A DNA stretch of 64,000 bases, from positions 1,665,660 to 1,729,659 of the forward strand of contig CAVTPA010000001.1 of the NCBI GenBank assembly GCA_963736545.1, written 5' to 3'. The position numbers and the translations under genes were made by a program. Origin of the DNA: an uncultured Chloroflexia bacterium. GTDB lineage: Bacteria > Chloroflexota > Limnocylindria > Limnocylindrales > CSP1-4. Of this stretch, positions 62,542-64,000 are shown one piece after another. Within the stretch, counting starts at the first letter, position 1. Every line of letters begins with the position of its first letter. The notes under the pieces were generated by a model. It was not told the DNA's origin and made no database searches. It saw nothing but the letters and a program-made list of their open reading frames with translations.

Positions 62542-62806
62542 CGTCAGTCACCTCGTCGACGATGCCGACGACGACCGTGCGGATCGGGGCGCCGGGGGCC
62601 GCGAGGACCTGCCGCGCCCCGTTTCCCTCGTCGAGGAGGAGGACCATCTCCCCCGCCCCGGCGCCGACCGAGTCCACGGCGATCATGTAGCCGCCGGCGG
62701 GGTTGCCGCTCGCGTCGAGCAAGTCGCACAGGAGGAGCGTCCGCTCGTCGAAGGCGGGGTGGTCGATCGTCGAGACGACGGTCCCGACGACCCGGGCGAG
62801 CTTCAC
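62525..62806 (-). CDS. bacterial microcompartment vertex protein (BMC-P, EutN/CcmL family)
   Basis: MKLARVVGTVVSTIDHP...AVDSVGAGAGEMVLL..G.GAR...VVGIVD pattern. ATGA overlap with the upstream gene. Confidence 0.85.
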   Translation of the reverse strand: MKLARVVGTVVSTIDHPAFDERTLLLCDLLDASGNPAGGYMIAVDSVGAGAGEMVLLLDEGNGARQVLAAPGAPIRTVVVGIVDEVTDDGDHR

Positions 62807-63162
62807 GGCTTCGCCCTACGGCTGCGACGCCTGGGTGCCGGCGGCGCGGACGAGGCGGTCGCGGCCGGCGGTGCCACCACGGGATCGTCACCCGCCAGTG
62901 ACCGAACGGCGTCCACGATTCCGACGATCGCATGGTCGACCGGGACGAACGGATCGGGCATCGCCTGGGCGGCCTCGCGCGCGGCGACGAAGTAGACGAG
63001 CTCCCCGGGCCCGGCCATGTGGACGGCGTCGGCGGCGACGACCTGGCTGCCGATCGGGCGCAGCCGGCGGTCCAGCGGCTGGACGATGAGCAGCTTGATC
63101 CCGGTCAGGCCGGGCACCTTGACCGTGGCGACGACCGTGCCGGTGACGCGTCCGAGCTGCAT
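62803..63162 (-). CDS. bacterial microcompartment vertex protein (BMC-P) with a basic Pro/Ala-rich C-terminal tail
   Basis: MQLGRVTGTVVATVKVPGLTGIKLLIVQPLD...AADAVHMAGPGELV...AIVGIVD, followed by a 30-aa tail ..APPAPRRRSRRAKP. Confidence 0.85.
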   Translation of the reverse strand: MQLGRVTGTVVATVKVPGLTGIKLLIVQPLDRRLRPIGSQVVAADAVHMAGPGELVYFVAAREAAQAMPDPFVPVDHAIVGIVDAVRSLAGDDPVVAPPAATASSAPPAPRRRSRRAKP

Positions 63163-63164
63163 CG

Positions 63165-63863
63165 CTACCTCGTCGGCTTCACTGGGCGCGGCCGCGGGAC
63201 GATCGCGGCCGGCCCGCCGGGCTCGCGAACACGCACCGAGAACCGGGCGTCGGCGGCCAGGTTCTCCGCCATCTCGCCGTGGAGCTGGGGGATGACCCGC
63301 GAGACGAGGCCGGGCGTGCCGGCGATCCGCCCGGTCCCGGCCTCGACGGCCGCCTGCACCTCGGCGACGGGGCCGTCGAACAGGAGGTAGCCCTTGCCGC
63401 CGAGGTCGTCGGCGAGGCGCAGCTCGAGGAGCCGGACCCGGGCGCCCTTCACGCCTGCGTCGGCGGCCTCGATCGTCGCCGCGACCGTCGCGGTCTCGAT
63501 GATCCCGAGCGCCTCGCCGGCCGGCTCCGCCCGGGCGCCCCGCAGGGCCGCCACGACGTCGGTGTGGACGTTCGGCAGGAAGACGACCCCACGGACGGCC
63601 GCCGCTCCCACGTCTCGCCCCGCGTTGAGCGCCTCTTCGACGTCGGCGACGGCACCGCCGACGAGGACGAGGTACTTGCCGGGGTGGACCGTCCCGGCGC
63701 GGATGACGTCGATCGGGGCCTTCTTTGCCATCGCGTCGCCGGCCTCGATGCCCGCCGCGATCGAGTCGAGCTCCAGCAGCCCGAGGGCCGGCTCCAGCCC
63801 ACCGGCACCCGCCCGCGCCGCGGCGGGGATGGAGCGGTGGGCGGGAGGCCGGCCGGTCGGCAT
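63165..63863 (-). CDS. tandem-BMC-domain shell protein (BMC-T, PduT-like architecture)
   Basis: Two BMC-domain signatures (ALGLLELDSIAAGIEAGDAMAKKA.. and ALGIIETATVAATIEAADAGVKGA..). ATGA overlap with the upstream aldehyde dehydrogenase. Confidence 0.8.
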   Translation of the reverse strand: MPTGRPPAHRSIPAAARAGAGGLEPALGLLELDSIAAGIEAGDAMAKKAPIDVIRAGTVHPGKYLVLVGGAVADVEEALNAGRDVGAAAVRGVVFLPNVHTDVVAALRGARAEPAGEALGIIETATVAATIEAADAGVKGARVRLLELRLADDLGGKGYLLFDGPVAEVQAAVEAGTGRIAGTPGLVSRVIPQLHGEMAENLAADARFSVRVREPGGPAAIVPRPRPVKPTR

Positions 63864-64000
63864 CAGACGATCCGGAGGGCGCCGACGACCGTCACGCGCC
63901 GCTCGCGCGAGAACGTGCGCGGGCGGGTGAGGCCGTCGCCGGTCGGGCTGGCGATCGAGAACGAGGTGAAGCCCTCGCCGCCCTCGCCGAGCCCGGCGAC
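63863..64000 (-). CDS. acylating aldehyde dehydrogenase (EutE/PduP-like), C-terminal 45 aa only (gene continues beyond the window)
   Basis: Reads ..[43 protein letters not shown], matching my recollection of the GGEG.T.F.IA.PTGEG.T..R.F.R.RR..L...FRI tail of BMC aldehyde dehydrogenases. Confidence 0.6.
   Translation of the reverse strand, partial: VAGLGEGGEGFTSFSIASPTGDGLTRPRTFSRERRVTVVGALRIV

Overview
Very high-G+C (by eye above 70 %) chromosomal segment that looks like a core region rather than a mobile one. I call about 65 protein genes, one initiator tRNA-Met, no rRNA, no CRISPR array, and no transposase, integrase or phage genes. High G+C produces many long Arg/Pro/Gly-rich shadow ORFs, so I called genes by recognisable motifs, third-position G+C, Shine-Dalgarno sequences and ATGA/GTGA start-stop overlaps. 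Gene content (CtaF-like oxidase subunit, KorAB, PIG-L deacetylase, class III cyclase-AAA-TPR protein) suggests Actinomycetota or a related high-G+C terrabacterial lineage; that is inference only.

Layout:
- 0-7 kb: fabF, a Ser/Thr kinase, and CopA with an extra C-terminal domain.
- 8-19 kb: a cNMP-themed block. It holds an MFS::cNMP-binding fusion (frameshifted), a crp-GAF-S8 peptidase operon, a hierarchical tandem-repeat protein, small ORFs, and DinB plus a cyclase-AAA-TPR protein.
- 19-21.4 kb: gene-poor stretch with two more paralogous small ORFs.
- 21-26 kb: korAB, a REC-like gene and an M24 peptidase in one operon.
- 26-38 kb: mixed metabolism with a proline theme (proline dehydrogenase, S9 peptidase, proC).
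- 38-49 kb: aa3-type cytochrome oxidase cluster with several cupredoxin fusions, including a 307-bp segment duplicated at 100 % identity.
- 49-57 kb: a 4x YbaY-like surface protein, an M14 carboxypeptidase, tRNA-fMet and cdd-PNP-deoA.
- 57.8-60.4 kb: a Kelch-propeller::serpin fusion lipoprotein.
- 62-64 kb: the 3' edge of a bacterial microcompartment operon (AldDh, BMC-T, 2x BMC-P) that runs off the window.

Quality caveat: five single-nucleotide frame changes interrupt four otherwise intact genes. All sit in G/C runs or short tandem repeats. This assembly may therefore carry indel errors, or these may be real pseudogenes.
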